Source of the DNA: Cyanophora paradoxa CCMP329 | Lineage: Eukaryota > Plantae > Glaucophyta | Assembly: GCA_004431415.1 (NCBI GenBank) | Contig: QPMI01000416.1 | Coordinates: 620,001 to 684,000, forward strand | DNA length: 64,000 nucleotides | Direction of reading: 5' to 3' | In this document: positions 25,001 through 36,600 of the stretch, one piece after another | Position numbering within the stretch: position 1 is the stretch's first letter | Layout of the letters: each line of letters begins with the position of its first letter | Translations under genes and position numbers: made by a program | Notes under the pieces: model-generated | Seen by the model: only the letters and a program-made list of their open reading frames with translations | Databases searched by the model: none | Told to the model about the DNA's origin: nothing

Positions 25001-26386
25001 GGGGGGAAGGTGGGAGGGGGAGGGCGAGAAGGGAAACGCGGGCGTACCCGGTAGAGGGAGTCGTCGCGGGCGGCGATGCCGATGAGGTTCGCCGAGTACA
25101 CGAACACGAACGAGAGGTGCAGCTGCGGGCGGGGGGGAGTTGAGGGTGAGGGGGAGGAGAGGGAGGGGAGGGCGAGGAGGACAAGCATGCGCATGGTGAG
25201 GGGGAGGGGAGGGGGGGGAGCTGAGGGGGAGGAGGGGGGATAGGGAGGGGGCAGGAGGGAAAGGGGGTACCTTGCAGATGAGGATGACCATGTGCACGTA
25301 GGCGTACGGTATCTGGGCGCCGCGTCGAAACCGAACACTTCAGGTGAGGTGGCGGGGTAGGGGGGGTACCTGGCAGTTGAGGAACATGAAGATATCGCTC
25401 GCCGCCGTCCGCATCTTGGGGAGGGGGGGAGGGGGGGGATGAGATTGGTGAGGGGGAGGGGGAGGAAGCGGTGGAGGGGTACCTGGACGATCTCGCCGTG
25501 GAACAGGTGCCTGGCTGGCGGATCAGAGGGGGAGGGGGGGGTACAGAAAAGAGCGGGAAAGATAGCTCACAGGATGCCGTACGGGCAGCGGCCCGCGTCA
25601 AAGACCTGTACCCGGAGCGTTGGAACGGAGGGGGGTAGAGGGAAGAAGCGAGAGGGGTACCTGGGTGACGAGCTGGAGGAGCCAGGCGTACACCATTGCG
25701 TAGCGGGAGGGTAGGGGCTTCAAAGCAGCCATCTCGCGCTCCGTGAGGAGGCCCCGCTGGACCAGCTCCGTCAGGTCTAAAAATAGGCGTCAGCGAGGTC
25801 AGCGGGGGTACGAGGGGGGGTACAGCACGCACCGTCGTCCATCGAGGCCTGCTTGTACACGAGCGCGTGCGCCAGGTTCGAGTAGCTGCGTATCCCTCAG
25901 GTCGTGAGGGAGGGGGGTACGGGGATGGAGGGGGGTACGGCGCGGACCGGACGAGCGTCTCGCGGACGGCGACGGTCGCGGGATCGGATCCCTTCACGTA
26001 CGCCATCACCATCTAAGCGGAGCGGAAAAGTCGGCCGGGGGGGGGTACGGCAACTCGGAACGTCGAAGGGGACGGGGGTACGGCGCTCCCGCACGAACCG
26101 TCGCGAAGCTCGCGGCGCGGGCGATGACGATCCCGACGAGCTCGCGGGTCTTCCTGCGCGCCCGTACCCCGTCGCGCCCCTTTCGAACGGAGGGCGGGGA
26201 GAGGGCGGGACGGGAGGGGGGTACTGCACGCGCCACCAGCGGGAGAAGGTCTGGCCCGCGAAAAGGGAGAGGAGGAAGGCGGCTAGGGAGGCGAAGATGA
26301 GAATCTCGTCCCGCGAGGAATCGATGATGGGGACTGCGGGTGGCGATGGGGGGGGAAGCGTCAGATCAAATTGGATGGGTTGGATG

Positions 26387-26427
<41 letters not shown>

Positions 26428-27507
26428 TTAGGAGAAAGAAAGCACAGCAGAGGGAGCGGCGCCAGTCGGGTGCATCCTCGGAGTCCTCCGGGCAGCGCGC
26501 GTACCCCAGCAGGGACGCCAGGGCGCAGAAGAAGAGCTGGAGGATGGCGGGGAGGGCGTCAAGAAGAGCGGAGCTTTGGCTTTACAGAATCAAGAATCTC
26601 ATGCTTGGGTTTCTTAAGCACGAAAGCCTTAAGATAAGATTATAGTTAGAGCCTGGAGAGCAAGGCTGAAGCGGGGCCTGGCTCCGCCGAGTCGCACCGT
26701 CCAGAGGAGGGCGCGGGCCTTGATTGCCTGCGGCGGCGAATTCGAAGGGCGTGAGCGGCGGCGCCGGCGGGGCCGGTAAGCTGAGGCGGGCTGGGGGCGC
26801 GCCGTGCCGCGGAGGAACCAGAGGTAGGCGTAGCTCTGGAGCTTGCCGAAGTCACTGCGGGGCGGGCGGGGCCGGGCGCTCAGCCGGCGCGCCCGAGCCG
26901 CCCGGCGGGGCGGGCGCGGGCGGGGCGGGCGCGGAGCTTAACCGCGGGCGTCTAACGCGTCCTAAGCTGCGCCGTCGAATCGTGCGCCGGCTTAGCTAAA
27001 GCTGAAGCGGGCTGGGGCCCGCGGGCGCGTAGCCGGCGCGTCCGAGCCGGCCGCCGGGGCGCGGGGCGGGGGCGGGCAGCGGCACACTATTTGACGACGC
27101 GGCGCTGGTCCTGCGGGCGGTGCGTGCGTTGCGGGCGAGCGTCAGCGCGCGCACGGGGGCGGCCGCGGGTGGACGCCACCGGCGGCGGGCGGGCGGGCGG
27201 GCGGGCGGGCGGGCGGGCGGGCGGGCGCACGTCGAACTGGGCGGCGATGACGTGGTGCTCGAAGCCGCGCACCTGGTGCTCCAGCTCCTCACGAAAGGAC
27301 TGAGGCCGCGGTGCGTCGACGTCAGCTGGAGTCGCAGCCAGGGCGGAGCCTGGCGGGGCGGGGCGGGGCGGGGGGCACCTGCGGCGGCTTCGCGTTCGAG
27401 TGGCGCGATGCCATCAGGTGCGGCCCTGGGTCGCCGCCGCCCAGCGCCGAGTCCGACGAGCTGTGCGACAGTAGGCTCGTCTTCTCCAGCTTCCGCATCG
27501 CCGCCAT
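22092..27507 (-). CDS. Bestrophin-family anion channel with a long Ala/Gly/Ser/Pro-rich C-terminal tail (3' end uncertain)
   Basis: Exons FASLAAFLLSLFAGQTFSRWW, RETLVR-YSNLAHALVYKQ, QIPYAYVHMVILICK and GLLEIHRELENPFGEEASDFP match the bestrophin motifs (xxRWW, RYxNL, IPxxY, NPFGEDxxDF). Confidence 0.85.
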
Positions 27508-27560
27508 GGCCCGATTCGCTAGCTATGAACTCCGCCGATCGGTTTCGTCGGATACGCCCG

Positions 27561-27595
27561 CGGCAGTTACGCGGCAGTTACTGCCCGGCAGTTAC
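27561..27595. promoter_or_regulatory. Triple CGGCAGTTAC motif (MYB-like TAACTG core) in a divergent intergenic region
   Basis: Copies at 27561, 27572 and 27586. The same 10-mer occurs at 21133 upstream of paralog B. Confidence 0.4.
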
Positions 27596-27816
27596 GCCCC
27601 TCCGCGGCCGGTTGCGCCCGGAAGCGGCGATCCGAGCCGGCGCCGCGGAGCTGGGCCCGAAAATGATTGACTCCTCACACGCGGAGTACTATAGCTGCGG
27701 CCGGAGCAGGCCTGGCCTGTGCTCGCACGGGTACAGGCGCGTCAAAATTTCGGTCGAAGTCGCCGTCCTGTCAAAGTCGGCGGCCGCCCGGCGGCGCGAG
27801 CTCGCACGGTAGGGAG

Positions 27817-30800
27817 ATGTCGGCGTCGATGGCAGACCTCGCGCGCATGCTTGGAGCCTTGGGCGGTCGGGGGGCGCCTGCCGCCGGCAACTCGAATCGC
27901 TCGGCGGCGGCGGAGGATGAGGAGGTGCTTAGGGCGCATCGGGATGCGCTGCGGTCGACGCGAAACGTTCCAGGCGGCACTACAGTTGCGTGGGATAACG
28001 CAGCCGGCCTGGGGCCCTCGCAGCAAGCGCAGGACAGCTTCGGCAGCGAAACCAGCCTCTCGAAGTGCACGCCGATTAGCTTAGAAGAGCTCCAGCTGAA
28101 TCAAGTGCACAAGCGGCGCTTCCTCTGCGGCCGCCTCGCCGAGGAACCCGTGCTCTTGAAAGGCGTCTACCAGGTCCTCGCGAAGCCGGACGGCGCCGGC
28201 CCGCTCGTGCGCATCGCCTTCTACAACGCCGAGCGCGCGGCGAAGCGGGAGTGCGGCGGCTGGCAGAAGGCGTTCGCCGCGGGCAGGGAGATCTGCATCC
28301 GCAATCCGTTCTTCAAGGTACGCGAGCTCGAGCTCGCGGGGGGGCCGCGCCGCGCCGCTCCGCGCGGGGGCTCTGAAAAATTAATATGAATATGAATTCG
28401 CGAATCGGGCCGGGACAGATTGCGATGGACGGGACTCGCTTGGTTCGTGTGGAGTCCCCAGCAGACGTCGTCTTCGTCGCTCCTGGGGCCGCGTCGTCCG
28501 CGGGGATGCCCCCTCCAGCTCCAGCTGCTGCGAAGCCGGCAGCGGCAGCTGCAGCTGGCCATGGTGGCAAGAGCAGGCCTCGGAAGACGAAGAGCGAGGT
28601 CGCAGCGGAGGAGGCGGAAGCGAGCGCCGCGAAAACCGCAGTCGAGGCCGCACGGGCGGCGGGCGCCAGCGCCGAAGAGCTGAACGCGAAAGGAAACGGT
28701 GAGTTGGGGCAGCTAGCGCTACATATTCAATTTTCGAAGTTGTCGATTAACGCCTCTGCAGACGCTTTCAAGGCGGGCCGCAACGCGGAGGCGGAGGTCT
28801 GGTACGGCGCGGCGATGAAGGCAGACCCGGGCGCGGCCAAGTACCCATCCAACAGGTTCGTCGATTTGCTGTGTCTCTCATATGCATCGTGCGGCTTCTC
28901 TCTTCCGAGCGGAACTCATCGTGATTGGCGATTATTTTCTCAGGGCTGCAGTCCGCTTGAAGCTGCTTAAGCACGCGGAGGCACGCAGCTGCAGTGTATT
29001 CACACGTAGTGCTTTGCTCATTATTGCAAGCGCAGGCATACGCTGACGCAAGAGCGGCGAACAAGCTTGATCCCAAGTGGGCAAAGCCCGTCGTTCGCAT
29101 GGGTCCGAGCTTTTATAACCTTACTCATTAAATTACGTATACGGTGAATTATGCCCCTCTTACCCTATCAAATCAAACAGCAACGGCTCTGTATGAGCAG
29201 GAGAGCTACGAGGAGGCCATACGACTGTACGAGAAGGCTCAGAAGCTCGAAGACGAAGCCGGCTCGAGCGAGTCCCGCGCCGCTATCGAGGACGGGATCT
29301 CCTGTTGCCGCCGCGAGATCGCAGCCAAGGCACGGAATCAGTTTTAATATTTGCTATGCGCATTCCGTGATTGAAGCTTATTTGGGGATCAGGAAATTCG
29401 GCTCCCAACTACGGAGAGGACGATGCAGAATGTCGCACAGTCTGTTCTCAAGGAGCAGATGTCCAAACTGCAGTCGAATCCCAAGGACATTGCGAAGTGC
29501 GCGACTGAATATATATCCTGGACTACTCGACGTTTTATTTTGCCTCATCGCAATATTAATCGTATCGCGATCGCAATCAGACTCTTCGAAAGCGCGACTC
29601 CCGACGCACTGAAACTGTTCCAGAATCAAACATCAACGCTTTCTATCTGCCACGAAGCCCACATGTGCCGGGACGGGACGCATGGCCGGAAGAAGGACAT
29701 GCGCCGCGCTTCTGAGCTCTACCTTCAGGCCGCAAAGGTGCGCGTGCTCACTCCTAGCGTTGATTCGCCAGCACATGCTACCGTAGTACATACTCACATC
29801 CGTATAATTATCTCGAGCAGAAAGGCAACACGGAGGCAATGTACAATCTCGCAAAGCATTACGAAGAGAATGAGTCGAATTTTGCAGAAGCAATTACCTG
29901 GCTGAATGTAAGCGATCTGCACTCCATGTCGCCACTGGCACTAATTGAAACGTTGCGCGATCGCCAGAAAGCCGCCTCGCAGCCTGTCTGGATATTCCAG
30001 AATCAGCTCCCAAACGTGGGGGTTGCAGAGGCCTTCAATATGCTCGGCTGCATGAACAGGGATGGCATCGGCATGAAGCCCGACCCGGAAGCAGCTGCTC
30101 GCTGGTTCCGCAAGGCGGCCGAGAGCGGTGCGCCTGCAGAATACTTACGTTCAATTATTCGTGATATTTGAATATCTGTTGCCTTCTTTTTCAAACTTTG
30201 GCAATTTATATCGACAAATTCACAGGTACGAAGGGTCCGGGCCACATGTGCGGATTGAACAATCTGGGCTACTGCTATGATAACGGAATCGGAGGTTCGC
30301 AAATGTCGACCAATCGCGAGTCTATTCTCCAAGTACTAATAAACTGGCTTCGTTCAATTAGTTTCCAAAGACTCGGCTGAGGCTGCCCGCTGGTATCGAA
30401 AGGGTGCCGAGAATGGGTACGCAGTGTCGCAGGTGCGTTCTTATAACCGCGGGATTATTTGACAGTTGCTCTTCATCATTCCGGAATAATTATAAATCTT
30501 CTCCGTTCGGCAGTACAATCTTGGGGAACTCTTCGAGCACGGACGCGGCGTCCCTGTGGATCTTTCACAGGCCCGGTAAGAAATCTAGATCTAGAGACAT
30601 TAAATTTTGCCAAACAATTCATCGAAAATCGAATTTGAGGGAAGTTGACTTCGTGTTTTGCGCCGACGTTAGAACGTGGTACGAGAAAGCGGCGAAGCAA
30701 GATCTTCCAATGGCAATGATCGCTCTTGCACGGCTCTCGGCTTCACCGGCCGACGCGCTCAAGGCGCGCATCGACGCTGCGAACAAGGGGATGCCAGAGG

Positions 30801-33323
30801 AGATGTACAACCTCGGCCTGGCGTACCTGGTACCGGCTCCGGATCCCTGAGCCAGCTTGCTTCTGAAACCTCTTGCATTGATTGCACGACAGCGCGGCCG
30901 CGACGGGGCACGCAAATCGGTGAAGGAGGCGCGCGCGTGGTTCCAGAAGTCAGCAGAGGCTGGTTTCGAGCTCGGCATGTGCGAGCTTGGCCTGCTTCTT
31001 GTGGGTGCTCTTTCGTCCTTGTCCAAGTTCGTTGTTCTTGCAAGAAGCGCTAAAGAGCGAATTAGAGTTGACATTAACGATATGTCTTGGAGTCGATATC
31101 GTTAATGTCGACTCCTTTTCAAGGCCAAGGATTGTTTTGCCAAGTCTGACTCTATCTCGGCAGGAAAGAGAAGGAGGAAGTATCGGACCCAAAGCGGGGC
31201 GCAAATTGGGTCCTAAAGGCAGCGGAGAAGGGTGCTCAAAGCCAAATCGAATAAATGATTTTTGAGATTGTAGTAGTTTACAACCGCGCACAGGTAATCC
31301 TCGGGCCTGCTATGCCTATGCTAAGCTGCTGGCCACTGGCACCGGAGTGGAGAAGGTTGATTAAGTTATTCGGAGTCTAAATATATTCATAAATTGTCTC
31401 CGTACGTAGGATCTCGCCAAGGCGAAGCAGTGGATGAAAAATGCGGCCAAGCGTGGATTCAAGGACGCCGAGAGGGCGCTCAAGAGCGGGGACTTGGATC
31501 GGATGGCGGCGCTCGAAGTCGACGAGCGCGAGATGGCGCAGAAGCTCAACTTCGACCTGGAGACGGGCACCTTCAAGGACGGGCCGACGCCGCTGCTGGA
31601 CGAGATCGAGGACCCTGAGCAACGGGAGAACATGCAGGCCGCTCTTGCGTGCGTGGTTTATGAATCTGAAACATCCAGTTCCATCCGACAGGCTCTGCAG
31701 AGCTATCAAGCAACTGGGGACGCTGGCCAAGAAGCCGGCTCCCGAACCCGAGTATGAAAAGATAGCGGTACCTGACTTCGGATCCGGCGGCGTCCGTGGA
31801 TACGACATGGCAAGCCTGCAGGCGAGTGCTCCTTTCCTTCCATTAAATTCTTTCATGACATTAAATGCACATACACAGAAGTACGCTTCGTCGCCAACGG
31901 CCCAGCGGCTGATGGATGCGCGCCGGCACTTCGATGCCAGCATGAATCTTCTGCGCCAGGGGCACTTTCCAGCGGCTATCCGCGCGCTAGCCGAGTGCTA
32001 CAAGCGCGAGGAAATAGTGGCACAGTTCCCTGACTTTGTTGTGCCTATGTTCATGGTACACACGCCCCTTTAACCTGCTGGAATTCCGCCTCTGATATTC
32101 TTACTTACGCGACAAATTAAAGACGGCAGTCGAGGCCATTCTCGAAGAGAATCCGAACGACGTCGATGCGCTGTTCGTCAACGCAGCCATGCTCATGGGA
32201 AGCAGGTGCCCGCCAATTTGCACTCCCCGATTTCGACCGTTTCCGTATAGAAATATGAAAGTGACCGTGAGCATTTTCGCAAGGTCTGCCGAGGAATCCG
32301 CCAACTTCGCCACGAAGTGCATCACACTGGATCCTACTCAAGCAGGGTACACGTGTCGCCCTACCTTCAGCTGCGAAGTTGCCTAAGTTTCGTTTTAGCT
32401 TCTATCGTCTCCGCGGCGCTATGCGCAGCTTCGCCAAACAATATGACAAGGTGAAAAGCGGTTTATGTCTCAAATTTAAACTTCCAAGCACTGCCGTCCG
32501 CGCGCGGGGCTCACAGGAGCGGCTTGCAATTGGGCACGCGCAGGCGATTCGTGACTTTGACAAGGCTCTGGAAATCATGGCCAACGCGGCAGACCCTTAC
32601 AGGTGCCGTGACGCCTCCGATCACAGACTCTGAGAATAAGCATGATTTCTGATCACTAGCAGATACGACTTGCTCTACCTTCGCGCCACAGCGCTGTTCC
32701 TCTCCGAGGGCTACGGTCCCCGGTGCGAGGGCAAGGCGAGACAGGTGCAGTCTAAGAACTGCTAGATGTATTATTCTTTCTTCTGAGCGGCGGAATACGA
32801 TGAATTCTTTTCTTCTGAATGTCACACTTTTCCAGGCGCTTGAGGAGTACATCAGAGAGGCACCTCCGGACGAGAGGAAAGTGGCCGAGGTGCGAATCGC
32901 AATCCAGGCTCTTCTAGATTTAGACCTGACGATGCCATCGAAATCTAACTCAAAATTCCTTTGCAGGCGCATTATCAGCTCTGCCTTCGGCTGCTGCACG
33001 AGCTGCGCGACTTTGATGCGGCCAAAGCGACCTTCGAGCGGGCAAAGGAGGCGGAGCGGCGCCGGCTGCCGGTCTTCCCGCCCATCGACGCGGACTGGCC
33101 CCACAAGATCCTCGCCAGGCAGGCGATCGAGCTCATGGAGAGGGCGCCACGCGCGTTCAGGCGGGATCGCGAGGAAAGCGTGAGCTGCGCGGCATGCGGG
33201 GCGGAAGGCCCGTCCCTGAAGGAGTGCGGCCGCTGCCACGCGGTCTCTTATTGCAACGCGGATTGCCAGCGGGCTCACTGGAAGCAGCACAAGAAGGCAT
33301 GCAAGGCGGCTCCTGCAGAATAG
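27817..33323 (+). CDS. N-terminal domain / TPR / Sel1 / TPR / zf-MYND protein, paralog C
   Basis: Begins MSASMADLARML...PISLEELQLNQVHKRRFLCGRL...IAFYN...REICIRNPFFK-IAMDGTRLVRVESPADVVF, followed by TPR and Sel1 exons. Ends CAACGAEGPSLKECGRCHAVSYCNADCQRAHWKQHKKACKAAPAE*. Confidence 0.88.
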
Positions 33324-33643
33324 CGGCGGTCTGTCTCTCGCCCTGCAGCTGCAGTCGTGCATGCAAGCACGCCCGAAAGAGGGCTGTGGGCACAGGCACC
33401 CCAGCTCAGTGGCTGCTGGACAGCCAAACAGCACCCTAAAGATGTTATCTCTGGTAGTAAGACTCCAGGTGATTCGGTGCCAAACATATGTACATGTATA
33501 TACGTATCCTTTGTTAATTTTTTATAAGAGCGAGCAGTCCATAATTAAATAAGTATTTCTTAAACTAGCTACAGCATCTGAGAATCTCGAAAGATTCCTC
33601 TTCAACTACAGCTAGAAGAGGACTCCGGGAAGCAAGCTTAAAT

Positions 33644-36600
33644 TCACCCGACGAGGTCGCGGGCGTGGAGCTCGGTGACGAGGAGCTCGCCCGCGTGTCC
33701 GGCGAGGCCCCAGCCCGGCCCGTTCATCTGCAGCCGCCGCGCCGCCTCCTCCGACACGCCCCCGCTCTCCTCCTCGAACTGCGGAACCTTGAACGCAGAA
33801 GCTTTTCCTCCAAACCCTTATTGGGCCTTATTATTCCGGCCTATCACGCCTTTCATGAAATCGGGGCGTCGGCTATTTCTCGGATCCGGACGTCCGAGTC
33901 GGCTATTTCTCGGAACTTGAGAGCCTTCTGCTCGCTTATCACGGATTTCTATCATGAACATTTGCCCGAGTCGGCTATTCCCTAAAGCCATATAATAATG
34001 CCGGCCTATTACGCCGAATTCTTGTGAAATCGGGGCGGGGCGGACCAGGCGGGTGCCGTTGAACGCGAGGCGCAGCATCTCGTCGAGCTGCTCCATCGTC
34101 CGATCCGTGAGCGGCCGCACCTGGTGCTGCGCGCGCGGGGGGGAGGCGTTAGAGGCCAAGGGATGAAGAGGAGGGCCGGAACGCTATAAATTAAACAAGC
34201 TCGGGCGTTCAACAAGCTTAAGAAGCGTGAGCTTGAGAGGCTACGGATAAATGGAGGGCGGGGAGCTCAAGCTCAAGCGCGAGGGGCGGGGCGGACCAGG
34301 CGCCCGTGGTGCTGGTGCAGGATGGCGTAGGGGGGCCACAGCTGCGGGGAGTCGTCAGCGCTCTACACGTTTCGGCGAAGTGATGCATCCAGTGTTCTAG
34401 ATCTCTAGATACGAATCCAGTGCGCTAGATGCTTCTAGGTGTTTTCTAGATATTGATTCATCCAGTGCTCTAGGTGGTTTGACGCAGATCCTCTCAAGGG
34501 CGCGCCTGGACGTAGCGGAGGCCGGCGGCGACGAAGGCGAGGACGTTCAGGTGCAGGTCGATCCTGCGTGCGCCCCCGCCACCGGCCCGGCCGCGGCCCG
34601 GGCGTCAGCTCGGCCCGCGTCCGGGTCCGCAGCTTAAGCTTTAGATATCTAGTATCTTTATTGAACTGTGCAGGCCTAGCCCCGGAAGCCGCGGAAAGCC
34701 ATATAGACGTTTAGATGCGCATGGGAGCTCAACGCCAGCTACGCTTTGATGATCTGCTTATCCTGCAATGTCTTTCAGATCATCAAAGCGTAGCTAACAT
34801 AGTGTTCATTAATTATTTTTCATTCGTTTCCTTATCCATCGATGTCGAGAACATCGATGCTTCAAACATCTACTATTATTATTCAGCGAGCGTGAACATA
34901 TCCATATACCCGTTTACATATGTTAGCTATCAGTATCCTTATTCAGAGGAGCGCTAATTAATTCGTGTCGCGCACCAGCCCATGGTGCCCATCTCGAGGA
35001 AGCCGCGGACGCGGTGGAACGCCTCGCGCGAGAGCAGCTGGAAGTCCCCGGCTGCGCGCGATCGCGAGGCGCGGGGCGGGCGGAGACGATCAGAGAGGGG
35101 CGAGATAGGCCACTCGGCGGACTATGTCCGCGGGTGGGATCCTGTGTTCGAATCCGAAACAATGCCCACATGGGCTTTTGCAAAAAAGAAAGGGGCGAGA
35201 TGAAGACAGTGACGGCGATCGCGAGGGGCGAGATGAAGAAGATAGTGTTTCGCAGAGCTCGAGGGTGGGAACGGGGCGCACGGTTGTCCCAGGCCATCTC
35301 GCCGCGGGCGCGTACGCTATATGTTTCTAGGCGTTTCTAGGTGTTTCTGGTGGATTCTAACGTTGATTCATCCAGTGCGCTAGGTGTTTTTGAAATGATA
35401 TAGGCCTAGGGGGGCGCACGGTTGTCCCAGGCCATGTCGCCGCGGGAGCGGACGACTTTGCCCCGGAGGTCGCACGGCGGCCAGTCCCGCATCCCTGCGC
35501 GCGGCCGAGCCGAGCCGGTGAGGGCGAATCGAAACCGCGTACGTGCGGGGGGCAAAACTAATTATAAGCTAGAGCTAACTGTAGGAACTTTGAATTTATC
35601 TATAAGCTATCTTTGATGAGGGCAAAATTGCGTGGGGCGCAGGGCGCTGCTCGGCGCAGACAGATCTAGAGCGCTGAAGCTGAAGGATGAAGCTAGAGGC
35701 TGAAGCTTACGAGATCTTTGAGTTTATCTATAAGCTAGCTATAGGGCGAAACTAAGCTAAAAAGTGAAGCTCGGACCTAAAGGCTGCTGACGAGATCTTT
35801 GAGTTTATCTGTAAGCAAGCTATAGAGGGTAGGTTCCCAACGAGGTCCCTACGCACATGTCGGGAAGTCGACGACCCACTCGGGGGGCGCCGTCGACAGG
35901 TCCGAGTCCGCGAAGGTGGAGCAGCTGTGGCCGGCGGCGCGCGCGCACCCGTGAGGCGAGGCCCGAATCGGACGGGCCGGAGGGCTAATTCGGACAGAGA
36001 GCTAAGCTTTAGGTTGACACAAGCTAAAAATCAGCGAATTAAAGAAACAAGCTAGGACAGGAAGCTAAGCTTTAGGGGGCGTGGGGCCCGAGCCGGACGG
36101 GCCCGGCCGGCGGCTGCGGGCTAGATTCTTCTAAGCTAAAAATAAGGCTGAACTTCGGAAAGTTTAAACAAGGAATCAGAGCGCACATTTCGGCGAGGAC
36201 GTCGTACGGCGCGGACGGGTGCAGCGCCGGCCGCACCGTCAGTCTGCACGCGCGTGCGCAATCGCCGTCAGCAAAGGAGAATGCCGAAAGATGCGAAAGC
36301 TGACGGCCTAAACAGCTGCAGGGGAGGCGATCGCGACCAGCGGAGCTCGAACTCTAGATGTAGATCTAAGAACTCTAAAACGAAAGAGAACGCCAGACCA
36401 TGCGACACTAACGCTGAAGGCTCGGGCGCGGGCGCGGGCACCTGCGGGAGTTGTAGATGCAGCCGGGGTCGAGGAGGCGGTTGCCCATGAGGTGGCCCAG
36501 CCCCTCCGAGAGCACGTTGTCCATGTTCACGGCCGCCTGCGCGCGCGGGCCGCGTCAGCCCTCGCTTAGTTCGAGCTTAGTTATAAATATATTGCAAAGT

